Shown one piece after another: positions 1-13,849 of a DNA stretch of 64,000 nucleotides. How positions within the stretch are numbered: position 1 is the first letter of the stretch; every line of letters starts with the position of its first letter. The position numbers were made by a program, and so were the translations under genes. The stretch is taken from NCBI RefSeq assembly GCF_009914755.1, contig NC_060927.1. One strand, written 5' to 3'. The DNA is from the human T2T-CHM13v2.0 reference genome, Homo sapiens. The notes under the pieces are model-generated. The model made no database searches, was not told where the DNA came from, and saw nothing but the letters and a program-made list of their open reading frames with translations.

Positions 1-1382
1 TTAAAGTTAGGTACTGGATTGTACTCTATGCATCTATATTTTTCCTCTGGTCAGTACTGACTTATGGTGGTATAGAACATCATATGTATGCTGATTTTTC
101 TTGTAACTGAAAACTTTTTAAATATCATAACTGGAACTGATCATCTTAAATTTAAAATTGTATTATAGGCTTTTATCAAACCCACTGGACTCAGTACCTT
201 GTAATGTAGAAGAAAACTCATTATGGATACTCAGGAAACACTCATAATTGCATAGTACCAAGGCAATTGCACATGGGAAATATCTAGTCATTAATAAATA
301 TCCTATGAACATTGTAGCAAGTTATGCTGTTGGCCACATATGTAAATGAACCATAAACTCAAATATAATGCAGGTGATTTCAGTATTTTATTAAAATTTG
401 AATGATGTTAAATTCTATTTTACATATTCTAATTCTAATTTAAAATCCATGGCTAATTTAATTTTGAGTTTAATTCTAATTTAAAAATTCTAATTATAAT
501 TTGAATTCTAATTGTAATTGTAAATCAATTTTGATTTAAATATTGTTAATCTACTTCAACTTTTTTGACTACTTTTATCTATTTTTCCAATTATACCTAT
601 ATTAGATTTTTTGTCTCCTTTTAGTTATCATTGTTTTCATTTTCTTTAAAATCCAAAAAAAGTTCTTGAGCTAATTGACTAAATTTTCAAAACAGTTTTC
701 TCCTTTATTACATAGATTGTCTTGTTTTTTTACTTAAAAGTTTTACTACTGAATGTAGTCTTTCATCATTTTGGAGAGTTGTTTTTTCTGAAATATTTGG
801 GCCCTCTCAAGTTTCAATAAAATATGGCTTATAAATGTTTGAAAGTATAGTTTCTTACTACAGTACAAATCTGTTTTTCTGGGTGACAGTAATTCATATA
901 TTTTCAAAATGATTCCCCACCTTTTAAGATTAATCTTTTAATAAGTATATCTGCTGTTTCCCTCTCTCCTTTTTCTTCTGACCTTGAAAGAGAACAAAGT
1001 TCTATTATTGGTATTGGGAATTTTCAGAAAAAATGTGAAATTCTCCTTAAATGTTTTATTTCTAAAGAATAAGGTAAAGTTTTTACTTTCTACAAAATTG
1101 TACTTTGCTAGATCATAGGATGCTTGGCTCTAGATTTATGCAATGAACTATGAAAAGAAAAATAGTTATTGTTTTTGTGGACATCCAAGTTGTTGAAGAC
1201 ACTACTTATCCCTTCAAATGAGAGGGAACGGTTGAGGTTTATTTTCTACATCTGATTTTTTTTTTCCTTTCATTTCTTGCTTCTGGCTTTTTTGAATGCT
1301 TGTTCTACCCAAGTAAAACCTACTGAAAAAGGAATAATTCTGCAAAGTATATTAGGGCAATATACTTTGCTGAGCAGTGTGT

Positions 1383-1416
1383 TTTTGTTTGTTTGTTTGT
1401 TTGTTTGTTTGTTTTT
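1383..1416. repeat. (TTTG)n microsatellite
   Basis: Direct reading of the sequence. Confidence 0.9.
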
Positions 1417-1954
1417 CGGTGTGTGATTGTGATGACTTACATTTAACTGTGGTTTCATACTCTTCTCTATGCTCACACCTTAGGAGATTAGGATAATAAT
1501 TTTTTGTATAGTATGCTATTACTTAGCATATTATACAAAATAAAGGAAAGCTGGGGATAAATAATCTTGCAAAAGATACTTCTGCAGAGCACTAATAGAG
1601 CAACTGAAGTTTATTCTAGTTTTCCCTGCTCGTGATCTCTGCTTTCACTCCATATACCCTCTGCTTGGTAGTACAGTGGTATTCTTGACCCTGCTAGAAA
1701 AACCCTTTACAGATAAATAATTCATTTATTTCCGTTAGATGACTAACAATAAGTAGTTAGCTTCAAATTTGTTCAGACTTTCTAATGCTTAACCATTGTT
1801 CATAACTATCCAGTTTCACAATATTATTATTTTATAATGGTTTGACTATGGCCACATTATTTTGTAGGGGAAAACTTTAATAAGTGAGCTACTTCTCTCT
1901 TTAGGTCACTGTTTTACATGATCATAAAATTTAATATTGACATTAAGAAAAGTA

Positions 1955-2100
1955 GGCTACTTATTTTGCAAATTAATTGATGCAGTTTCTTCATAGCGTC
2001 ATTGGTCTTCATATTTTAGTGTGTTTTTGCAGTGGCTGGTACTGGTTTTCCCTTTTCATATTTAGTGCTTCCTTCAGGAGTTCTTGTAAGGCAGTCCTGG
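1955..2100 (-). mobile_element. Inverted 5' segment of an L1PA8-like element (end of ORF1 and inter-ORF spacer)
   Basis: Its reverse complement reads as the L1PA ORF1 end (CCAGGACTGCCTTACAAGAACTCCTGAAGGAAGCACTAAATATG...AAGAAACTGCATCAA) and abuts sense ORF2 at 2101. Confidence 0.85.
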
Positions 2101-3970
2101 TAAGCAACTTCAGCAAAGTCTCAGGATACAAAATCAATGTGCAAAAATTGCAAGCATTAGTACACAAAAAATAGACAAGCAGAGAGCCAAATCATGAGTG
2201 AACTCCCATTCACAATTGCTACAAAGAGAATAAAATACCTAGGAATACAACATACAAAGGACTGGAAGGGCCTCTTCAAGGAAAACTACAAACCACTGCT
2301 CAAGGAAATAAGAGAGGACACAAACAAATTTAAAAAATCATGCTTATGGATAGGAAGAATCAATATCATGAAAATGGCCATACTGCTCAAAGAAATGTTT
2401 AGATTCAATGCTATTCCCAGCAAGCTACCATCGACTTTTTTCACAGAATTAGAAAAAAACTACTTTACATTTCATATGGAACCAAAAAAGACCCCGTATA
2501 GCCAAGACAACCTTAAGCAAAAAGAACAAAGCTGGAGGCACCATGCTACCTGACTTTAAACTATACTACAAGGTTACAGTAACCAAAACAGCATGGCGCT
2601 GATATTAAAACAGATATATAGACAAATGGAACAGAACAGAGGCCTCGGAAATAACACCCCAGATCCACAACCATCTGATCTTTAACAAACCTGACAAAAA
2701 CAAGCAATGGGGAAACACTTATTTAACAAATGGTGCTGGAAAAACTGGCAAGCAGTATGCAGAAAACAGAAACTGGAACCTTCCTTACGCCTTATACAAA
2801 AATTAACACAAGATGGATTAAAGACTTAAACATGAAACCTAAAACCATAAAAACCCTAGAAGAAAACCTAGGCAATACCACCCAGGACATAGTCATGGGC
2901 AAATATTTCATCACCAAAACACCAAAAGTAATTGCAACTAAGCCAAAATTGACAAACAAGATCTAATTAAACTAAAAAGATTCTGCACAGCAAAAGAAAC
3001 TGTCATCAGAGTGAACAGAAAACCCACAGAATGGGAGAAAATTCTTGCAACCTATCCATCTGACAAAGAGCTAATATCCAAAACCTACAAGGAACTTAAA
3101 CAAATTTACAAGAATAAAACAACCCCATCCAAAAGTGGGCAAAGGATATGAACATATGCTTCTCCAAAGAAGACATTTATGCAGCCAACAGACATGAAAA
3201 AAAGCTCATCGTCACTAGTCATTAGAGAAATGCAAATCGAAACCACAGTGAGATACCATCTCATGCCAGTTAGAATGGCGATCATTAAAAAGACAGGAAA
3301 CAACAGATTCTGGCTAGGATGTGGAGAAATATGAATGCTTTTGCACTGTTGGTGGGAGTGTAAATTAGTTCAACCATTGTGGAAGACAGTGTGGCGATTC
3401 CTCAGTGATCTAAAACCAGAAATACCATATGACCCAGCAATTCGATTGCTGAATATATACCCAAAATATTATAAATCGTTCTACTATAAAGATACATGCA
3501 CACCTATGTTTATTGCAACACTATTTACAACAGCAAATACTTGAAACCAACTCAAATGTCCATCAATGATAGACTGGAAAAAGAAAATGTGGCACATATA
3601 CACCATGGAATACTATGCAGCTGTAAAAAAAGAATGAGTTTATGTCCTTTGCAGGGACATGGATGAAGTTGGAAACCATCATTCTCAGCAAACACAGGAA
3701 CAGAAAACCAAACACCGCATGTTTTCACTCATAAGTGGGAGTTGAACAATGAGAAAGCATGGACACAGGAAGGGTAACATAACATACCGGGGCCTGTCGG
3801 AGGCTGGGGGGGAAGGGGAGGGAGAGCATTAGGACAAATACCTACCTAATGCATGCAGGGCTTAAATCCTAGATGATGGGTTGATAGGTGCAGCAAACCA
3901 CCATGGCACATGTATATCTATGTAACAAACCTGCACTTTCTGCACATGTATCCCAGAACTTAAAATAAAA
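2101..3970 (+). mobile_element. L1PA8-like LINE-1: 3' part of ORF2 plus 3' UTR, with (AAT)n tail to about 4000
   Basis: ORF2p peptides ([50 protein letters not shown]). The 3' UTR GGGAGAGCATTAGGACAAATACC...AATGCATGC is typical of L1PA8. Multiple stops and frameshifts. Confidence 0.93.
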
Positions 3971-5395
3971 TTATATAATAATAATAATAATAATAATAAT
4001 TGAGAAGCAAACAAATTCATGGAATTAATTCTTTAGCGAATCAGTTTAAGTGTAGTGATATGTTTTATATTCATTATGATAATTTTGTTTTCTTTTTACA
4101 TGTTTAAAGCATCACTAAGACTTATGCTCATCAAATGTTTGAAAAGTCTGATTAATTTTTTATATTATTTAATGCTTAAATGTTTAGAGGGTTCAAATTT
4201 TTAAATGCCTAGTTTTGTTTAACACTTAATAATTTAGCTTTTTATTTAATATTAAGTTTATGAAAGCATTGTGTACTTAGAGAAGTGTTAAATGTTTTAA
4301 AAATGATCAGCGGACAATAAAAAAGTACAAACAAAACAAGTACGTTATTAAAAAATTTAGTATGGCATGAGTTTATGTATCCACTTAATTCAAAAGCCTA
4401 ATTGAATTGTCAAAGGTTAAGTTCAATAAGTATGGTCTTGAAACTGAAACGCAGGGTTTTTTTGAACCAAATAAAAGTGTAATATGATTTATTGAGAGAT
4501 TTTTCTTGCTGATATTATCCAAAGGAAAGCACTCTAGTCATATCTTGCCCCATGAATAAACCAAGGAGAAATAAACAAAATAAAAATTAATGGCAAGATT
4601 TATCATTCCCCTTTGTATGTCAACCTCCAAAACTCGTACTCAAGTTTGAGTAAAATATAGGAACTTTACCATGCCTTACCACTTAGTTTTATTTCTTAAT
4701 GAAGTCATTTTAAAAGAGCCAATTCTTATTGCCAAGTTTTATATTTTCTCTATAGGATAAAACACAAACTTCCACTAAGCTTTTTCTTTCCCAACTTTCC
4801 TTTTTTATCCCATGTGTAGCTTCCATCAAAATGTGACACCTCTTTCAACAGAGATGTGAATTCACACAGAAACATCACTTTTGTTCCCCTTTAAAAACCT
4901 ACATTTGGTTGTGAACTACTTTGACAAGAAGTTGTCACTGTGCTCAGTGTCATCCATTTACCTCATGATTAGCCCTCATAATTCATTATTTAAAATGTTT
5001 TCTTAAGGCTAATAAAAGTCCATTTTTTATACTGGTAAGTTTGTTTTACAATAATCTAGAAAAACATCTGTTTTGTAAATCCCAAATTCTCTTCATCAGT
5101 AAGACTTTTCTCTACTTCAGTGACCCTGGATTTCTATTGCATTCCTTCAATTACAAACCCATTATGTATTTCTACTTATAAATATTGGGAATATATTGTA
5201 TTATGCTTTAGGTAATATTCTAGAACAAAGAACTTAGTGATAAACAACCCAGGAATTATATTTTCACTGGGGATGAACAGCAGGAAGGAAAGAAAATCAA
5301 TCAATAAATAGTACATTTTTATTTAACATTTATAATCTTTCTTTCTTTCTCTAGCAGATTTTTTTTATAACAGTTATTTTAAAATTCCGAATCTC

Positions 5396-5541
5396 AGCCA
5401 GGTGCTGTGACTCTTGCCTGTAATTCCAGTGTTTCAGGAGGCTGACGCAGGAGAATCACTTGTGCCCAGGAGTTGGAAGCTTCGGTAAGCTATAATGTGC
5501 CACTGCACTCCAGCCTGAGATGAGTGAGACCTCATCTCAAA
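5396..5541 (+). mobile_element. Alu monomer (FAM/FRAM-like or a collapsed AluJ)
   Basis: Single ~145-bp 7SL-derived arm: GCCTGTAATTCCAG...GAGGCTGACGCAGGAGAATCACTTG...CCACTGCACTCCAGCCTG. Confidence 0.8.
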
Positions 5542-5722
5542 TATATACATATATATTTTATATATATATAATTATATATAATATATAATATAATATATAA
5601 TATACTAATTATATATAATATAAATTATATAGTACATGTAATTAATATATAATATATAATTTATATTATATATAAAATATATAATATAGTATATATTAAT
5701 ATACTATATTATATATATATAT
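5542..5722. repeat. (TA)n-rich low-complexity tract in the Alu tail
   Basis: Direct reading of the sequence. Confidence 0.9.
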
Positions 5723-5723
5723 G

Positions 5724-6900
5724 AATAGGTTTATATTTATGGAAAAGTAGTGAAAGCATCACAGAAAGTTTCCATTGACTCCATACCCAGTTTCTACAAT
5801 TATTAACGTCTTATGTTAGTATGGTACGTTATATACATTTACTGCAATATCAACACATTGTTAGATTAGTACCATCCATGCTTTATTTAGAAATTTTAAT
5901 TTTTATCTAATGTCTTTTTTCTGTTCCAGGACCACATTTAGGATATCTCAGTGTCCTTAGTTTTCATGTTTCCTAAATTCCTTTTAATTACAAAGGCTTC
6001 TCTGATTTTCATTGATTGTGATGACGTTGACAGTAGGAAGGAGTAATGTTCAAGTACTTTATAGAGTGCTCCTCACTGAGGGTTTTCTGATGTTTTTCAC
6101 ATGATTAGATTGGGGTTATGAGTTTGTGGAGGAAAGACTGCAATGGTAATGTGCTATTTGCATCATATCTTAAAACGGGTACATACTATCAACTTGACTC
6201 ATCACTGTCGTTAACCTGGCTGAGGTAGTGTTTCTCAGGTTTCCCTACTGTGAAGGTTATTATTTTCCCCACACTTTTATACTGTACTCTTTGTAAGAGT
6301 GATATTTTCATTATTGATATAGTAGGGAGTTATGATCTGCCTAATGAAGGACGGAGTATTTGCATAAATTGCTTATTCTACTTCTATTTATTCATTCATT
6401 CATTTATTTTTTATATAAGTATAAACTCACGAATATTCCTTTTTCTATTATTGGCTATAACCCAATACTACTTTATTATTTTTTCTCAAATTTTTGTTTT
6501 GTCTTTTGAGAGCTCTTTCAGTTGCTTCTTGTGTTGCTTTGACATACCTCCATCATTGTCGGTATTGTTTTTTTGTTGAGTACTTCCATACTTTCTAGCA
6601 TGACAAGATGCTCCACGTTCACCTTGTGTATTTCCTGCTCCAGACCTAAAACATTTCTTCACGAATCTCTAGTTACTTGTTTTAATCTTTTAATGTATTT
6701 TTGGAGGATGATATTAGTAACCAAGGGCTGTATTCTAGGTATATTAAATGCTAATTACTACAGGGATGTTTTTTCTTCACAGCCATCTAAGCTACACAGC
6801 AAAGGAATATATATGTGTTTATTAACCTGTGTATAAATAATTTTATATGTATCCATATGTTCCTACATTAAGCTAAACATCAATTTATACTGATATTTCC
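5724..6900 (-). mobile_element. Old L1MC-type 3' end (L1MC3/L1MC4-like)
   Basis: Resembles the remembered antisense L1MC 3' UTR (CTAATGTCTTTTTTCTGTTCCAGGA; CATGATTAGATTGGGGTTATG; CCTGGCTGAGGTAGTGTTT). The right boundary is approximate. Confidence 0.7.
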
Positions 6901-7519
6901 ATCTCAAATTTATTAGATTGGATAATTCTATCAATAATAATTCTGTCCATGTTCAAATTTTTAACACCATATACCTCTTCCAGCTATTTTCCTGGTTTCC
7001 AATGCCCACCATTAGAGTATATATTAGCCACAGTAAACTTCATTTATTTTATAAAATTTGTCTAAGAAATATGTATACAATATTTCCTCAAGTTAAAATA
7101 TCATTTTACATACTGCAGGTTCAAAACTTTATCATTTATTCTTATTTATATGTCATTCTCAGGTTACATATAGGGATCATGTTTTGTTCTTTTTCTTCCC
7201 AAAATTGAATGCTTCTGCTATATCTTTCCGGACCTACTAGAATAAATATTCTACATTATATGTTGCTTCCTTAATCTTCTATCTTCCACACCATACTGCT
7301 AACTTTGTAACAGAAGGTCTTTTTGTATCTGGTTAATCATTGTATGACCTAAAACATGTGAAAAAATTAATACACTAAAATATTAAATAAATAAAAAAGG
7401 AAACATTTTAAAATTAATAATAATTTTTGGTCTGTGTTCATATCCTACCCCTTAACTAGACAAGTGATTTAAAAATTTGGTATATTAGAATTCTGTGAAA
7501 AAAAAAATTATATGGGAAG

Positions 7520-8340
7520 ATTTTCAGAGACATGCTAAGCTTTTCTCTCTGGTAAAAGTAGAATGCCTTTATTCAGACCAATTCCCCTAGAAAAGCAGGA
7601 AAGTTGGAAAAGTATAAAAAATGTGTTAGAAGAATGCAGAAAAAAGGCAGCAAGCGCTTGACTTTTCAAGATTCTGCAGAGTAAAAGCTCAGGGAAATGA
7701 ACACGGTATTTGGCAGCACGTATTTCTTTGAAGCTTTGCCAAGTCAAGAGAGGCCACTAAGAAGCTGGAATATGAATAAAGCTTTCGTTAGACTCAAAGA
7801 TAGTTGGAAAATTTGGGAGTTCATTGTCTACAAAAGAGGCAGATCTGGGAAATACCCAAGAATTTTCAGTTCAAACCTACAAGGGCTATGATATGGGAAT
7901 AGAAGTGAACCTGAAATTGTCCAGCCTTAACAAAGAATGCAGCATAGCTTCAAATAGACTTAGCTACTGATTAGACTAAGTTAATTTGCTGCTGCACCAA
8001 CTTGCTGCAAGAAGCAAAGGAAATGTTCTCTGTAGAAAAATAACATGATGAAGAGCTGTTAATTTTCTTTCTCTCTCTTGTTAGAGACATAAAAATATAT
8101 CTTTTGGATCTTCACCATGAGAACCTGGTAATTTCCAATAAGGAGGTAAAACCCATGAAAGTGTAGTGTCCCCTAATTCTGTCATGCACAGGAGTTATAC
8201 TCTAACACACTTAGATTCAAATGCAATTAAATTAGAAATAAATAACAACAGAAAGTAGAAAACTGTGCAAATATAGATTAAACACATAATTCTAAAGAAT
8301 CTATAGGTCAAAGAAATAGTTTTAATAGAATTTTAAAATG
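7520..8340. mobile_element. Fragments of ancient L1M 5' region and ORF2 in mixed orientation
   Basis: Weak similarity, e.g. AATGCAATTAAATTAGAAATAAATAACA resembles the end of the ORF2 endonuclease region. Highly diverged. Confidence 0.4.
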
Positions 8341-8521
8341 TATCCACCTTACATACTGTATATATACATCTGTACATAAATACATATATATATAATACAT
8401 ATGTATAGGTATAAAGGGAATAAATTCAACCATCACAGATGAAAGATTGAAATTTTTTTTAAAAAAGCATTTGTAGTGAACATGGATAGACTTTTTTTCT
8501 AGCCATTATTGCCTAAATGAA

Positions 8522-8723
8522 ACCGTACAACTATATACAGAGTATTTACATTGTACTAGGTACTATAAATAATCTAGAAATTATTTGAATTATATGGGAG
8601 GATGTGCATAGGTAATTTGCAAATACAACACCTTTTTATAAAAGAGACTTGAGCATCTACAAATTTTAGTATTTGTGGTAGGTACTGGAACTAATCTCCC
8701 ATAGATGTCAAGAAACAAATGTA
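8522..8723 (-). mobile_element. MER2 (Tigger-family DNA transposon) fragment
   Basis: ATTTACATTGTACTAGGTACTATAAATAATCTAGA...GGGAGGATGTGCATAGG...GACTTGAGCATC matches the MER2 reverse complement and ends at TA. Confidence 0.8.
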
Positions 8724-10662
8724 GATAGATAGATAGATACATACATACATAGATGATTGATTTGTTGATTGATAGAGAGGAGTCTGTTACGAGCAAAGTA
8801 GATCAAGCAGAAGAAAATATTAGTAAGCTTGAAGACAGGCTATTTGAAAGTAAACAGTTAGTAGAAACCAAAGTAGAAATAAAAAGGATAAAGTAAACTC
8901 ACAAGACCTAAAAACTACCCTCAAATGAATAGATTTAAGAGTTATTGGCTTTAAAAAGGGTGTAGAGAGAGATGCAGAGGTAGAAAGTATATTCAAAGAA
9001 ATAACAAGGGAGAACTTTACAAACCTAGAGAAAAATATTGTTATTCAAAGACAAGAAGGTTATAGAACACCAAGCAGATTTATTTCAAATAAGACAACCT
9101 CAAGACATTTAATAATCAAATTCCCAAAAGTCAAATATAAAAAAGACCCATAAAGCAGAAATAGAAAAGAAGCAAATAATATAGAATGGAGCTCCAATAA
9201 GTCTGGCAGTAGACAATTCAGTAGAAATCATACAGGTCAGGAGAGAGTGGCAGGACATGACATACATAAAGTGTTGGGAAATTTTTTTTTTATCCTAAAA
9301 TAGTATATCCAGCATAAATATCTTTCAAACATGAAGGACAAATAAAGACTTTCCTAGAAAAGCAAAAACAAAAGGATTTTATCAATACCAGACCTGTCAT
9401 ATAAGAAATTCCAAAGAGGATTCTTCAATCTGAAAACAAAATTGTTAATGAGCAATAAGAAGTAATGTGAAGTGCAAAACTCACTGGCAATAGTTAACAG
9501 ACACAGAATATTATAACACTATGATTGTAGTGTGATGTTACTCATATGTTGAGTAGAAAGACTAAAGATGAACCTATTAAAATTATAACTACTACAACTT
9601 TTCAAGACACAGACAGTACAATAAATAGAAAAATGAAAAGCTAAAAAGTGGGAGAAGGAAGTGAAAGTAGAGAGTTTTTGTTAGTTTTATCTTTTCTTAT
9701 TTGTGTGTGTGTTTGGTTTATGCAGTCAATGTTGTCATCAGTTTAATGGATTATGAGATGTTATTTGCAAGTCTCATGGTAACCTCAAATTAAAAAAAAA
9801 ACTACCAAAGATTCACAAAAATGAAAAGCAAGAAATCAAAAGATATAATTAGAGAAAACCACTTGACTAGAAAGAAGACAGGATGAAGGAAAGGAGGAAG
9901 AGAAGACCACAAAACAACATACATATATATATGTGTATATGTTGGCCTTAAAGAGGAAGCAGAGAGAGATAGAGCAGTAGAAAGTATATTCAAATAAATC
10001 ATAGGTAGCACTTTCCAAACCTAGAGACAAATTTTTATATATCTATGGCAGGAATAATTCTGTACTACAAATTACAAAATTACAAAAATGAATATAAATG
10101 GACTAAACTCTTGAATCAAAAGTAAAAGAGTGGCTGAGTAGATTGAAAAAACAAAAAAAAACCCAAGACTCAACAATCTGTTGCCTGCAAGAAACACACT
10201 GCGCCTAAAAAGACATACAAAGAAAGAAAATAAAGGGATGGAAAAAGATATCCCATGCAAATGGAAACCGAAAAAAAGAGGAGAAAAAGCTATATTTATA
10301 TCAGACAAAATATATTTTGAGAAAAAAACTATACAGAGAGAGGAAAAAGTCATTATATAATGATAAAGGGGTGAATTCAGAAAGAGGATATAACAATTTT
10401 AAATATGTTTGTACCTAACACTGGAGCACATAGATATTTAAAGCAAAGATTATTAGAGCTAAAGAGAGAGTTAGACACCAATGCAATGGTAACTTAAGCA
10501 TCCAACTGTCAGTATCAGACAGAGCATCTATACAGAAAATCAAAATAGAAACATTGGACTTAATTTGCACTATACATTGACCATATGCACCTAATTGATA
10601 TTTACAGAAACTTTTATCCAGTGGCTGCAAAATAAATATTCTCCTCATCATGTGGATCCTTT

Positions 10663-11041
<379 letters not shown>

Positions 11042-11171
11042 TGAAAATCAAATGAAGTATCTTTTATGACCATAATGGAATAAAACTAGAAATCAGTAAC
11101 AAGTGGAACTTTAGAAATTACACAAACACATATAAATTCAAGAATATATTCCTGAATGACCAGTGGGTCAA

Positions 11172-11989
<818 letters not shown>

Positions 11990-11994
11990 GATTT

Positions 11995-12009
11995 TGATAC
12001 CAGGAGTGG
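11995..12009 (+). promoter_or_regulatory. Primer-binding site for tRNA-Leu
   Basis: TGATACCAGGAGTGG just after the 5' LTR is complementary, with one mismatch, to a tRNA-Leu 3' end (CCACUCCUGGUACCA). Confidence 0.8.
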
Positions 12010-12079
12010 TTCTAGAGGAACAGAATATTAAAAATGGAGTTCTTTTATTGGTTTTGGGGTTTCTGGAGTTGGGTAGTTA

Positions 12080-13800
12080 ATATGATTAGACCCAAAAATG
12101 CTAAGGACTCTATTTTGAATAGTATGGAGAACACAGATAGTCTTTGATGTGAACTGTTTAGAGAGTTATTCAAAACAAATGCATTTGACATTCTTGACTC
12201 ACTGCTCGTGCGAGGAAAGTTTAGTGACTCTGTACATAATATCTTTGACCATATGTGGAGAACCAAGGAACATAATGAAGCTGGTTGGTTGTTGCTAAGT
12301 TCAGTGGACAAAGTGATAAAGGAAAATATGAACTCAGGGATTCTGTCTCCTGGCTACAGAAGCAGATACTGAGCCTCAAGTCTGCTAAAATTCCCTGAGT
12401 GAGAGTCTTGATTCTTGTAGAGAAAGAGCTGAAATTGTGGAAAAACAGACACAAGCTCTTATCACGTGAGTAGGAGACCTGCAATGAAAAATGCATGCAT
12501 AGCCTTGCTAGGTGTCTACTGTTAAGGTGAGGGCATTGATTGGAAAAGAATGGGACCCTACAACTTGTAATGGGGATGTGTGGGAGGACCCTGATGAAGC
12601 TGGGGACACTGAGTTTGCAAACTCTGAGGAATCTTTTTTTGGCCAGAAGAAACAGCTTCCCCATCTCCAGGAGGGGCAACAACCCCTAACTGACCCGTGG
12701 TGCCATCAGCCTTTCCACCTTTGTTTGAGGAGATAAACTCTGCACTGCCTGAGGCAGCAGTGATGGCCTCCCCTGAGGCAGTTGCCAGGGGAAATAATGT
12801 TGATTCTCCTCAGGAGCTACCCCCAACACCTCTCTTTCTGTTGAGAACCATAACTAGACGAAAGTCCCTGCGGGTCCCTAGAGGTGAGATTCAGAGTGTG
12901 ACCCATGAGGAGGTGCACTACACTCGAAAAGAACTGTTTGAGTTATCTAATTTATATAAACAGAAATCTGGAAAACAGGCATGGGAATGGATATTAACAG
13001 TATGGGATTCCACAACATTCCACCATTATGTGGAAGGAACATGCAGTTGGATCAGGCTGAATCTATTGATTTGGCTCACTAAGTAGGGACTCTGCTTTTA
13101 ATGTTGTAGCTTGGGGAGTTAAAAAAAGGTTCTAATAGTTTATTTGTTTGGTTAGCTGAAATATGGATTAAAAGATGGCCCACTGTGAGGGAGTTGGGAA
13201 TGTTTAATCTGCCTTGGTTAATTGTAGAGGAAGAGATCCAAAGGCTTAGGGAGATTGGGATGGTGCAGTAGATTAGTCACTTTAGACCTACTCACCCCAG
13301 CTGTGAGGAGCCAGAAGATATATCCCTGACCAATGCCTTGCAAAATAGATTTGTGAGGGCAGCATCTGCATCTTTGAAGAGGCCTGTAATTGCTTTTCCC
13401 TGTATGTCAGATCTAATGCTGGGAACCACAGTCACTCAACTACAAAATTTAAATACAATGGGAATAATTATATCCTGAGGTGGCAGGGACCAAGTGGCAG
13501 CACTCAACTATCAAAGGCAAAGTGGGAATAGCTACAGAAATGGACAGCCAAGGCAAAGTGGCAATCAGAATAGTCTGACTCATATAGAGCTCTGGCATTG
13601 GCTAATTAATCAGGGTGTTCCTAGAGGTGAAATATATAGGAAGCCCACTACATTCTTAATTAATACAAGCAGAAAACATCTCAGTCAAATGGATGAAAAA
13701 CTAATTTAAATTATAAAAACAGAGAGTCATGGCCCCACAATAATTTTCCAGACATGAGCCAGTTTACAGACCCAGAACCCCTTGAATGAAGGAGAGTCAT
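12080..13800 (+). pseudogene. HERV-L gag, disrupted
   Basis: Fragments VKVRALIGKEWDPTTCNGDVWEDP, EEVHYTRKEL...KQAWEWIL and LWHWLINQGVPRGEI in different frames, with stops. Confidence 0.85.
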
Positions 13801-13849
13801 GGTCCCTTTGAGGAAGGACCCCATTACATTACCAACAATTTATGCAGTG

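Noticed and set aside
405-535. Degenerate (ATTCTA/TAATT)n tract with many homeobox cores
   Set aside because: Low-complexity AT-rich sequence, so the motif density follows from composition.
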